Shown: positions 50,628-59,441 of the stretch, one piece after another
How positions within the stretch are numbered: the stretch's first letter is position 1
Layout: each line of letters begins with the position of its first letter
Translations under genes and position numbers: made by a program
Assembly: GCA_965198175.1 (NCBI GenBank)
Contig: OZ240245.1
Location: 4,160,001 to 4,224,000 of the forward strand
DNA length: 64,000 nucleotides
Reading direction: 5' to 3'
Source of the DNA: Candidatus Poribacteria bacterium
Lineage (GTDB): Bacteria > Poribacteria > WGA-4E > PCPOR2b
The notes under the pieces: model-generated
Database searches by the model: none
Told to the model about the DNA's origin: nothing
The model's input: the letters and a program-made list of their open reading frames with translations, nothing else

Positions 50628-53600
50628 ATGAACAAACCACTAAAAGCATTCATTACCTATTCGCATGAGGACGAACAGAAAAGGAAAAAATTGAGGACAT
50701 GTCTTGCTGTTATGGAGCGGAAAGGCGAGATAAAACATCGAGATGATACTGACATCACTGCAGGTGGCAAAGCCCGTCAGGAAGACATTCTCAAAGAAGT
50801 TGCCAATTCGGATATGCTTCTCTACCTTGTTTCTGCTGCGAGTCTTGCATCTAAAAATTGTAATAAGGAATTGACCGAGGCCGTGAGGGTAGGAAGCCGA
50901 GTCCTCCCTATAATCCTTGAGAGTTGTGATTGGCTGAATGATCGACTCAGCGACTTTCAGGCCCTTCCCGACAAAGGCGAGCCTATTAACAAATGGGATA
51001 CTGAGGAAGATGGTTGGCAAAACGTTGTGGACGGTATTCGAGAAGCCGTGGAAGAAATGCAAACTCAATCGAATTCGTTGTCCGAGACATCTGAAAAGGC
51101 ATTACGCGCTGAATTGGCGTTCCAACACGGTAACGTTTTCATGATGATCGGGCAAATCAATATGGCAATAGAACACTACTCACATGCAATTGAGCTCAAC
51201 CCCAATAACGCCTCTACCTATAACAATCGTGGTGTTGCTTACGACAAAAAAGATGATTACGACCGTACCATTGAAGACTATATGCAGGCAATACAACTAA
51301 AACCAGATTTTGTCGAAGCGTACTGCAATCTCGGAAGGGTCTACTGCAACAAGGACGATTTTGACCGTGCCATCGAAGAGTGCAACAAAGCGATAGACCT
51401 GAATCCTAACTTTGCTGATACCTATAACAGCCGCGGGACTGTTTACTACAAAAAAGGCGATATTGACCGCGCTATCGTAGATTTAAATATGGCTATACGA
51501 CTGAATCCCAATCATGCTGGGGCTTATAACAATCGTGGTTTGGCTTATAGTGATAAACGCGATTTTGACCATGCCATCGGAGACTATAACACAGCGATAG
51601 AACTGAAACCCAATTATACCAATGCCTACTACAATCGGGGCTTGACTCACAGTAATAAAGGCGATTATAACCGTGCTATTGTCAATCTTACCAAAGTTAT
51701 ACAGCTCAAAAGCGATTTTGCTGAAGCCTATTACAATCGAGGAAATGCCTACAGTAATAAAAACGATTTTGACCATGCCATCGGAGACTATAACACAGCG
51801 ATAGAACTGAAACCCAATTATACCAATGCCTACTACAATCGGGGCTTGACTCACAGTAATAAAGGCGATTATAACCGTGCTATTGTCAATCTTACCAAAG
51901 TTATACAGCTCAAAAGCGATTTTGCTGAAGCCTATTACAATCGAGGAAATGCCTACAGTAATAAAAACGATTTTGACCATGCCATCGGAGACTATAACAC
52001 AGCGATAGAACTAAATCCCAATTATACCAATGCCTATTACAATCGCGGGGTAGCTTACAGCGATAAAGGCGATTTTGACCGTGCCATCGCAGATTTGAAC
52101 AAAGCCATAGAACTCAAACCAAATCTCGCCGACGCCTATTACAATCGCGGGGTTGTTTACGGCATCAAAGGCGATCAGGACCGTGCTATCCAAAACTATA
52201 CAACGGCGATAGAACTGAAACCAGACTACGCCATCGCCTATAACAATCGCGGTTTGGCTTACGGGGGGAAAGGAGAGTTTGAGCGTGCCATAGTAGACTT
52301 AAACAAAGCGCTACAACTCAAACCCAAATTTGCTGCGGCATATAACAATCGCGGACTTATCTATCGCGAAAAGGGTGATTATGACCTTGCTATTGAGGAT
52401 TGCAACCGGGCGATGCAACTCAAAGACGATTATGCTGAACCTTACAGCAATCGAGGGGCGGCGTACCGTGACAAGGGTGAGTTTGACCGCGCTATTGAAG
52501 ACTATAACAAAGCCATACAACTCAATCCCGATTTTGCTGACGCCTATTTCAATCGCGGGGCTGCTTACAACGATATAGGCGATGTTAACTGCGCTATCGT
52601 AGACTATACGACAGCGATAGGACTGAACCCTTACCTCGCCCCAGCCTATAACAATCGCGGGGCTGTTTACAGCGATATAGGTGAGTTTGACCGTGCTATC
52701 TTAGACCTTAACAAGGCAATAGAACTCCAACCGAACGTTGCCGAGCCCTACAACAATCGCGGCAATGGTTACCGCAATATAGGCGAGTTTGACCGCGCTA
52801 TTGAAGACTATAACAAAGCCATACAACTCAATCCCGATTATGCTGAGCCCTATAACAATCGCGGGGCTGTTTACAGCGATATAGGCGAGTTTGACCGCGC
52901 CATCAGAGACTATAATGCGGTGATAGAACTCCAACCAAACCTTGCCGATGCCTATTACAATCGTGGAGAGGCTTACGGTGTTAAAGGCGAGTTTGACCGC
53001 GCTATTGAAGACTATAACAAAGCCATACAACTCAATCCCGATTTTGCCGATGCCTATAATAATCGTGGCATTGCTTACTACGACAAAGGCAATTTCGACT
53101 GGGCTATAGAAGACTATGACAAGGCGATACAACTGAATCCAGGGCTTGTTCAATCCTATAACAATCGCGGCAACGCTCACCGCAACAAAGGAGATTATGA
53201 CCGTGCCATTGAAGACTTTAACAAAGCACTTGCGCTGAAACTGGATTATGCCGAGCCGTTTAATAATCGTGGTAATGCCTACAGTGCGAAAGGCGAGTAT
53301 CACCACGCTATTGCGGACTATAACAAGGCGATAGAGTTGAAACCGGAGTTAGCCAAGCCCTATAGCAATCGTGGCGTTGCTTACTACAAACAAGGCAATT
53401 ATGCTTGTGCCATCAATGACTATAACAAGGCGATACAACTCAAACCAGATTATGCCGACGCCTATTACAATCGTGGCGAGGCGCGGTTACACTTTAGAGA
53501 ATGGGAGAAAGCCAAATTAGACCTGACCGTTGCCGAGGCGATGGGGATAAATATCGTCACGGCGTTTCGTAACGATTATGCAAGTGTCCCGGACTTCGAG

Positions 53601-53786
53601 CAGAGGCATGGCGTGAAACTGCCGGAAAACATTGCTGCAATATTGACCCCCCGGATAATTACCGCGCGAATAAAAAAAGGATGGGAAGCAACCGACGAAG
53701 TGGCGACCGATGCTGAAATCGCCTTAGACGAGATACTAAGAAACTACGAGCGAGCATGGAAAACTCTAGGCGAACGCGATATTTGA
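50628..53786 (+). CDS. TIR domain + about 23-24 TPRs + C-terminal antitoxin-like tail
   Basis: AFITYSHED...LASKNCNKEL...VLPIILESCDW; long 34-aa repeat array; tail ..AEIALDEILRNYERAWKTLGERDI. Confidence 0.9.
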   Translation: MNKPLKAFITYSHEDEQKRKKLRTCLAVMERKGEIKHRDDTDITAGGKARQEDILKEVANSDMLLYLVSAASLASKNCNKELTEAVRVGSRVLPIILESCDWLNDRLSDFQALPDKGEPINKWDTEEDGWQNVVDGIREAVEEMQTQSNSLSETSEKALRAELAFQHGNVFMMIGQINMAIEHYSHAIELNPNNASTYNNRGVAYDKKDDYDRTIEDYMQAIQLKPDFVEAYCNLGRVYCNKDDFDRAIEECNKAIDLNPNFADTYNSRGTVYYKKGDIDRAIVDLNMAIRLNPNHAGAYNNRGLAYSDKRDFDHAIGDYNTAIELKPNYTNAYYNRGLTHSNKGDYNRAIVNLTKVIQLKSDFAEAYYNRGNAYSNKNDFDHAIGDYNTAIELKPNYTNAYYNRGLTHSNKGDYNRAIVNLTKVIQLKSDFAEAYYNRGNAYSNKNDFDHAIGDYNTAIELNPNYTNAYYNRGVAYSDKGDFDRAIADLNKAIELKPNLADAYYNRGVVYGIKGDQDRAIQNYTTAIELKPDYAIAYNNRGLAYGGKGEFERAIVDLNKALQLKPKFAAAYNNRGLIYREKGDYDLAIEDCNRAMQLKDDYAEPYSNRGAAYRDKGEFDRAIEDYNKAIQLNPDFADAYFNRGAAYNDIGDVNCAIVDYTTAIGLNPYLAPAYNNRGAVYSDIGEFDRAILDLNKAIELQPNVAEPYNNRGNGYRNIGEFDRAIEDYNKAIQLNPDYAEPYNNRGAVYSDIGEFDRAIRDYNAVIELQPNLADAYYNRGEAYGVKGEFDRAIEDYNKAIQLNPDFADAYNNRGIAYYDKGNFDWAIEDYDKAIQLNPGLVQSYNNRGNAHRNKGDYDRAIEDFNKALALKLDYAEPFNNRGNAYSAKGEYHHAIADYNKAIELKPELAKPYSNRGVAYYKQGNYACAINDYNKAIQLKPDYADAYYNRGEARLHFREWEKAKLDLTVAEAMGINIVTAFRNDYASVPDFEQRHGVKLPENIAAILTPRIITARIKKGWEATDEVATDAEIALDEILRNYERAWKTLGERDI
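51560..52012 (+). repeat. Exact 204-bp (two-TPR) tandem duplication, about 2.2 copies
   Basis: Unit starts CGATTTTGACCATGCCATCGGAGAC at 51560, 51764 and 51968. Confidence 0.92.
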
Positions 53787-54199
53787 CAATTGAGGAAATT
53801 CTAGATATTGCCGCAGGGCATGTAGGTCGCTATCAGTTGTTGAAGGAAAGCCAGTTACACTATTTGGTTGAAATCGTTGGTAAAAGAATAGGCGACACAA
53901 AGCTGTTTCCGACTTTGCCGCAAAAAGCCGCTGTATATGCCCATCACATTATTACTGGACATATATTTTTGGACGGTAATAAACGTATTGGCATCAATTG
54001 TGCACTCTCATTTTTAGTTTTGAATGGTCGTATTCCAAATCTCAGGATTGATGATTCGATTATTGAGCTTGGCTTTAAGGTTGCAGACGGGACAACAACC
54101 GATCTTGAGGAAATCGCCGACTATATGCGATTATGGATTCAGCGACAGACAGATGAATCTGTGTTTACACCACCCCAGGTAATTTCTGACAGTCTGTGA
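53756..54199 (+). CDS. doc: Death-on-curing (Doc/Fic family) toxin
   Basis: YLTIEEILDI, FPTLPQKAAVYAHHIITGHIFLDGNKRIG (Doc-type HxFxDGNKR). Overlaps the TIR-TPR 3' end; an alternative TTG start lies at 53783. Confidence 0.9.
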   Translation: MENSRRTRYLTIEEILDIAAGHVGRYQLLKESQLHYLVEIVGKRIGDTKLFPTLPQKAAVYAHHIITGHIFLDGNKRIGINCALSFLVLNGRIPNLRIDDSIIELGFKVADGTTTDLEEIADYMRLWIQRQTDESVFTPPQVISDSL

Positions 54200-54207
54200 T
54201 TCAGACA
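54156..54207 (+). repeat. Degenerate copy of the GATTCAGACA repeat overlapping the doc stop codon
   Basis: AATCTGTG...TCTGACAGTCTGTGATTCAGACA; the core lies at 54198-54207. Confidence 0.6.
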
Positions 54208-54532
54208 GTTGTACGGATGAATTCCTCGAAGAAATCTTCCTCGAAATCTTCATCGTGGATAGCCGGTGCACCGCTACGCTTGGATAGACACATCCAAGCG
54301 ATTGTGAAATTTAACCACCAACTCTGCATCAGCGTGCAGGACAAAAGGTAATTCGTGTAACAAAGAAATGGTTTAAAGTCCTCTGAAAGACATCGCCGCA
54401 ATCTTGACGTCCCTACAGGCTTGAATAATGACACACTAAGGTGTTCCCTTCACGATGAAAAAGAGAAATTGCCGCGATGAAAACCTGATTCCCGTTTTTA
54501 CGAAACGAACCCAATCGCGATGGAGTTTTTTC

Positions 54533-54577
54533 AATCCGTGTCATCTGTATAATCCGTGACAATCCGCGATTCAGACA
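54533..54577 (+). repeat. (AATCC)n-GATTCAGACA repeat
   Basis: AATCCGTGTCATCTGTATAATCCGTGACAATCCGCGATTCAGACA. Confidence 0.85.
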
Positions 54578-54792
54578 ATTGCGCTCGACGGCGAGGGAGG
54601 GAAGAATGGCGTAGGATTAAATCAAATCTGTCAAATTTTGTCAAGTTTTGTCAAATTTGGATTTCTGAGTTTTTGTCTCTATTCTTATCTTCTGGCTCCG
54701 TTGAAATATCAACAGAACCCTAGTGACAACGGCAAAATCCACTTGGACAACCGTGTCCACTCCGTATCTTTTTGGTGTGGAGAACTTTTCTC

Positions 54793-54822
54793 TTGAAATG
54801 AGTAACACCGCTACAGTATAAT
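54793..54822 (+). promoter_or_regulatory. Sigma-70-type promoter
   Basis: TTGAAA-N18-TATAAT. Confidence 0.65.
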
Positions 54823-54828
54823 TTAAGT

Positions 54829-54958
54829 GTTGCTCACAAGGGAGCCTCCAGTCCGCGGGAAGGGTCCAACCTGCCTTAATTCCATTTCAATGAATTCAAC
54901 CTTCTTTCTTTGCTTGTGAATGCGGACAACAGGCACAACGATGAGAGAGGAGGTTCTC
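54829..54958 (+). ncRNA. Candidate structured cis-regulatory 5' leader (unassigned family)
   Basis: 12-bp anti-SD/SD stem (54898-54909 with 54944-54955), inner hairpin (54911-54935) whose loop GCGGAC complements GTCCGC (54851-54856), and an alternative pairing of 54857-54863 with 54900-54906. Confidence 0.5.
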
Positions 54959-56468
54959 ATGCGACAAAAGCAATTCCCTCCCAATCCAAACCTCGAACAC
55001 CTAAAGTCCCAAGCGAAGAAGTTACTTAAAGCCTACCGAGGCGGTTCGGTTGATGCCATTGACCGTATTCGTTCTTTTTTCCCAAGACTCTCCAATGCCA
55101 CCGGCGCAGAAATCCAACAAGCCGAATTCTGCTTGCAAGATGCGCAGTTAGTTATTGCCCGTGAATACGGGTTTGAAAATTGGTCGCAGCTAAAAGAACG
55201 GGTGATACACCTGGGTCAAAACACAGAGGAGGATACCGCCAAAGAAATCCTGTTTAAGATAATCCGTGCCGCGGATATTGATGAAGCGGATATCAACAAG
55301 GTGAAGGCACTGATTGCCGCTGATTCATCGCTCATTTCAGCCAAAGATGATAAGGGCAGAACGCCGGTCGAGGCGCTGGCAACAACCCAAAGCATCATAA
55401 GTGTCATAGCAAGTCAACCTCGAGGGACGATATATAATCTCCTAATGGAGCAGGGGGCGAAACCTGACTTTATCACTGCAATTGCTATGAACGATATTGC
55501 TCGGGTTACACAACTCATTGATGCTAACCCCCAGTTGGTCAGACAACGATTTAACATTCCTGGTCCGTGGGTAGGGCGTCAATCCGCTTGCCATCGCTGC
55601 GGGCTACGCTCGGACAGAGATAGCCAAACTGCTGATTGAAGCTGACTCATCGCTCGTCAACTCTAAGGAGGACAAAGGCAAGTCCCCTTTGGATTTACTG
55701 GTGAAGCCTTGGCACCACTCCGCATTTGAATCGGAGCCGCGAAAACCAATTTACGACCTCCTGATTGAAAACGGTGGAACCCCCGATTTGTGCCACGCGA
55801 TCATAATGAACGATATCGCTAGGGTCATGCGACTCATCACCGCTAACCCTCAATTGCTTGAACAACAGTTTGTCTGCGGCAATCGGATTAAGTTTCGACC
55901 GCTGGCAATTGCTGCTGCTTATGGGCGAACAGAAATTCTCGATTTGCTATTTTCTACTGCAGCGGAGATGCAAATTGATGTTCAGGAAGATTTAGACGAA
56001 GGTCTAAATTCAACCTTCAATTTGAGCGTAACAGAGTGGTTAATTAAAACCCTCAAGCCAACTCCCAAGGTACTGGAAAGACCTCTTGCCTTTGCATGTG
56101 AGGTTTACCAACCCGAAAAGGTGCGCCTGTTGCTTGAGAATGGCGCAGACCCAAATGCGCGTGTAAAAGCAAAGTTTCATTATGATGTCGTCCAGAACCT
56201 CAAGCCAAGTGAATATCAGATGTCCCCTCTACTCATAGCGATTGGTACCTGGTATGGGGTAAGAGGCGGCGCTGTCGACGAATGCCTACAAATCGTTGAG
56301 GCACTCATCGAAAGCGGAGCAGATTTGAGCCAGAAATACACGGTAGACATTGCCGGTGAGATTGCAGAAGTCACGGTGTTGGATTATACGCGAAAGCTAG
56401 CTACCCTTTTCCCGGATAAACCTTTTGATATTGTAATCGAAGTTCTACAAAAGTATGATGTAATTTAA
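54959..56468 (+). pseudogene. Ankyrin-like repeat protein with N-terminal 'PNLEHLKxQAK...AQLVIAREYGF.W' domain, frameshifted at 55574-55576
   Basis: Removing one G from GTAGGGCGTC gives VGVNPLAIAAGYARTEIAKLLIEADSSLVNSKEDKGKSPL, which joins ORF 55689..56468 and restores an internal repeat (ADSSL..K.DKG..P; AI.MNDIARV..LI.ANPQL). Confidence 0.85.
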
Positions 56469-56756
56469 TCGTGGTTCAAGGGGACTGCGATTTAGGATGA
56501 CGTCTAATTCTGGCTTGAATTGACGATTATGCGATACTGACCTCCAGTCATCCCACGCGATAAGCAGAGGGGATTCTTGTTGCTTTATTCTCGAAACGAA
56601 AAAATGCGAACAATTTAGGTTTTCCTTTGTCTAACTAGCGTGTTTTAACCGGTGTCTTCATTATGCCTAAGTGAGATTTGGATTGCACATCATACCTCAC
56701 TTAGGCTATATTATTGCGGCACTGCAAATATTAAAACGAAAACTCCATACGAGAAT

Positions 56757-59255
56757 ATGAAACCGAAAGCCTTCATCCCGCAGATACTCGCGTTCACCCT
56801 GTTAGTTGGACTTTTCTTCGTCCCAACCATACACGCTAGCGAAACCAAGGTCTCTGAAGCAGATTTGAAGCGATTTGACGCCGATGGCGATGGTACACTC
56901 AGCGAAGCAGAAGGTGATTTAATGCTTGAGACAATTGCCTTCGAGGCTTTCTTGGGTCAGGATTTAAACCCTGAAAATCTCAGACAGATGCAGCGTGAAC
57001 GGCGTTTTGGAGGTCCTGGTGGATTCGGCTTTGGCGGTCGAATGGGACCAAGGCGAGCTGAGATGATTGTCGAGCGTTTTGACAACGATAAAGACGGAAA
57101 ATTAAACGACGAAGAACGAAAAGCCGCACGGAGCTATATTCTGAAAAGTCGGGGCGAAACCAGTCTCGCTCGTCCCTCTGGTCGGACCTCCCCCAGCACA
57201 ACACTCGACATGGATATGCAGATGAGCCGCACCGCTGCATCGAAAGGCGAACCCCATCTCTATGACGCAAAAACACTTCGCACGCTCTACCTTCAATTCC
57301 ACAATGAAGACTGGTATGAGCAACTCAGCGATTTTTATCGAACCGATGTCAATCTACCCGCAGATTTAATCGTTGATGGAAAGGTCTTTCGGTCAGTCGG
57401 CGTCCGTTTTCGCGGCAGTTCATCCTATTTCGGCATTCGCGGCTCAGAGAAAAAATCGCTCAACATCGCCGTTGACTACGGTGACGGCAATCAGCGCCTT
57501 TACGGTTACAAGACACTCAATCTACTCAACGGTCATGCTGATCCCTCCTTTCTCCGTGAGGTGCTTTTTTCACGGATTGCTCAGAACTATATTCCTACCC
57601 CAAAGGCGAATTTTGTCAAGCTGATGATTAACGGGGAAAGCTGGGGAATCTACATCAACAGCCAGCAATTCAACAAGGACTTCCTCGATGAATGGTTCGG
57701 AACGAAAAGTGGCGTTCGCTGGAAAGTGCCGCCCAGTCGTGAAGGCGGGCTTATCTATAGTGGGGAAGAACCTGCCCCCTATCAGCGAGCCTATCAACTC
57801 AAAACAAACAACGCCCCAAATGCCTGGAAAGAACTTATCGCGCTGTGCGAAACGCTTGACAAAACGCCCGACGAGCAACTAGAAGACGAGCTTTCTCGGA
57901 TATTCAACATCGACCGGGCGCTGTGGTTTCTCGCACTGGAAAATGTGTTCATCGACAATGACGGTTATTTCAGCCGCGCGAGCGATTACGCAATCTATCA
58001 GGATCCTTTGGGACGCTTTCACCTCTTGCCGCAAGACAGTAACGAGACATTTCGTTATGCCGGAGGCGGCGGTCCTAACTCCTGGGACAGCGATGGTCCG
58101 ATGCTATCTCCCGTCGCTCAGGAGTCCGATGAGATGCGACCGGTGATTCACCGCCTGCTCTCCATTCCGCACCTGCGAGCGCGTTATGTGGCGCACATCC
58201 GCACCATTGTGGACGAATGGCTCGATTGGGATGTGCTCGCACCCATCATCGAAGAATATCAATCCCTAATCCACGCCGAAGTCAAAGCCGACGATAAAAA
58301 GCTCTATTCCTACGAGGTGTTTGCCACCATCCACATTAAAGATCAGAGCCGTGGCGGTCAGTTCGGTCCGCCGGGCGGATTTGGAGTTCAAGGCGGGCGC
58401 CGTGGCAGGGGTCCGGGGGTGACTCCAAGTTTCAAACGATTTGTAGAGGAACGGCGGGAGTTCCTGCTCAATCATACTGAAATCAACAGCTCAGCGGCAT
58501 CAATTCAATCCGTTTCTCAGCCAGGCAATCCGCTGGCAAATCGTCCCGTGCAAATTACAGCCGAGATTGGCGCAGATGTCAAGATTGACGCTGTCATCCT
58601 GTATTACGCTGTCGGTCGATTGGCACCGTTTGAGAGCGTTCCGATGTTCGGAAACGGAAGCGCTTACACGGGCGAAATACCCGCCACTCCTGCGGGAACA
58701 GAAGTGCGTTATTACATTGAAGCGCGTACGCTTGAATCAAACGGAACAACCACGTTTTCGCCCGCCAAGGCGGAATTTGGAGCGCTGACCTACCGCGTAA
58801 GTGCCCCTGTTGCCGAAAGCACTCTGATTGTTATTAACGAACTGATGCCGAACAACACGAAGAGTATCACCGACCCGCAGGGCGAACACGACGACTGGAT
58901 TGAATTGCACAACCTCAGTGATGATGAAGGAAATCTCTCGAACATGTTTCTGAGCGACAATGCAAACAACCCGAGAAAATGGGCGTTTCCCGAAAACACC
59001 TTCCTGCCGCCTCACGGCTACCTGATTGTTTGGGCTGATGAAGACAGCAAAGACCGACCAGGGCTTCACGCTAATTTCAAACTCTCAAGGCGCGGGGAAA
59101 TCGTCATGCTTATTGACACCGATGCGCGGGGGAATCAGATACTTTCTTCCGTTGATTACGGCGAACAAAAGAAAGATGTTGCACTCGGCAGATTTCCCGA
59201 TGGGACTGGGGATTTCAAGCTATTACCGATGACCCCGGGAAAACGGAATCATTAA
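56757..59255 (+). CDS. Secreted CotH-kinase family protein with EF-hand-like motifs and C-terminal lamin-tail domain
   Basis: Signal peptide; DADGDGTLSEAE and DNDKDGKLNDEE; VGVRFRGSSS, KKSLNI, LRE, D.NETF; VINELM...DWIELHN. Confidence 0.87.
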   Translation: MKPKAFIPQILAFTLLVGLFFVPTIHASETKVSEADLKRFDADGDGTLSEAEGDLMLETIAFEAFLGQDLNPENLRQMQRERRFGGPGGFGFGGRMGPRRAEMIVERFDNDKDGKLNDEERKAARSYILKSRGETSLARPSGRTSPSTTLDMDMQMSRTAASKGEPHLYDAKTLRTLYLQFHNEDWYEQLSDFYRTDVNLPADLIVDGKVFRSVGVRFRGSSSYFGIRGSEKKSLNIAVDYGDGNQRLYGYKTLNLLNGHADPSFLREVLFSRIAQNYIPTPKANFVKLMINGESWGIYINSQQFNKDFLDEWFGTKSGVRWKVPPSREGGLIYSGEEPAPYQRAYQLKTNNAPNAWKELIALCETLDKTPDEQLEDELSRIFNIDRALWFLALENVFIDNDGYFSRASDYAIYQDPLGRFHLLPQDSNETFRYAGGGGPNSWDSDGPMLSPVAQESDEMRPVIHRLLSIPHLRARYVAHIRTIVDEWLDWDVLAPIIEEYQSLIHAEVKADDKKLYSYEVFATIHIKDQSRGGQFGPPGGFGVQGGRRGRGPGVTPSFKRFVEERREFLLNHTEINSSAASIQSVSQPGNPLANRPVQITAEIGADVKIDAVILYYAVGRLAPFESVPMFGNGSAYTGEIPATPAGTEVRYYIEARTLESNGTTTFSPAKAEFGALTYRVSAPVAESTLIVINELMPNNTKSITDPQGEHDDWIELHNLSDDEGNLSNMFLSDNANNPRKWAFPENTFLPPHGYLIVWADEDSKDRPGLHANFKLSRRGEIVMLIDTDARGNQILSSVDYGEQKKDVALGRFPDGTGDFKLLPMTPGKRNH

Positions 59256-59328
59256 CCGCAAAAAAAATGGGCAGACCGATGGATTATTTCAAGAGTTGAA
59301 TGTCTCATATTCTGAGGCAATAACTACT

Positions 59329-59379
59329 GTAGCAGGAACATCCGCGTCTACATAATCGGGGCTCGGAAGCGCTTCGTAC
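59329..59379. repeat. Degenerate REP-doublet related to 22270-22320
   Basis: GTAGCAGGAACATCCGCGTC...GGAAGCGCTTCGTAC, 38/51 identical to the reverse complement of 22270-22320. Confidence 0.55.
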
Positions 59380-59441
59380 AAAAAAAAAGTGTCAATACTT
59401 AGCCGGCGTTGTACTAACCTCTAAGAAAAGGAAAGAGGTCG

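Noticed and set aside
54201..54434. 77-aa minus-strand ORF as a real antitoxin gene
   Set aside because: No recognisable family or RBS. It is noted only because its stop codon lies in the repeat core.
48278..54577. AATCC repeats or TPR repeats as a CRISPR array
   Set aside because: No regular repeat-spacer period; copies are separated by whole genes or are coding; no cas genes.
56543..56580. Possible IS200/IS605-type end remnant
   Set aside because: Weak resemblance only; no tnpA/tnpB and no second end.
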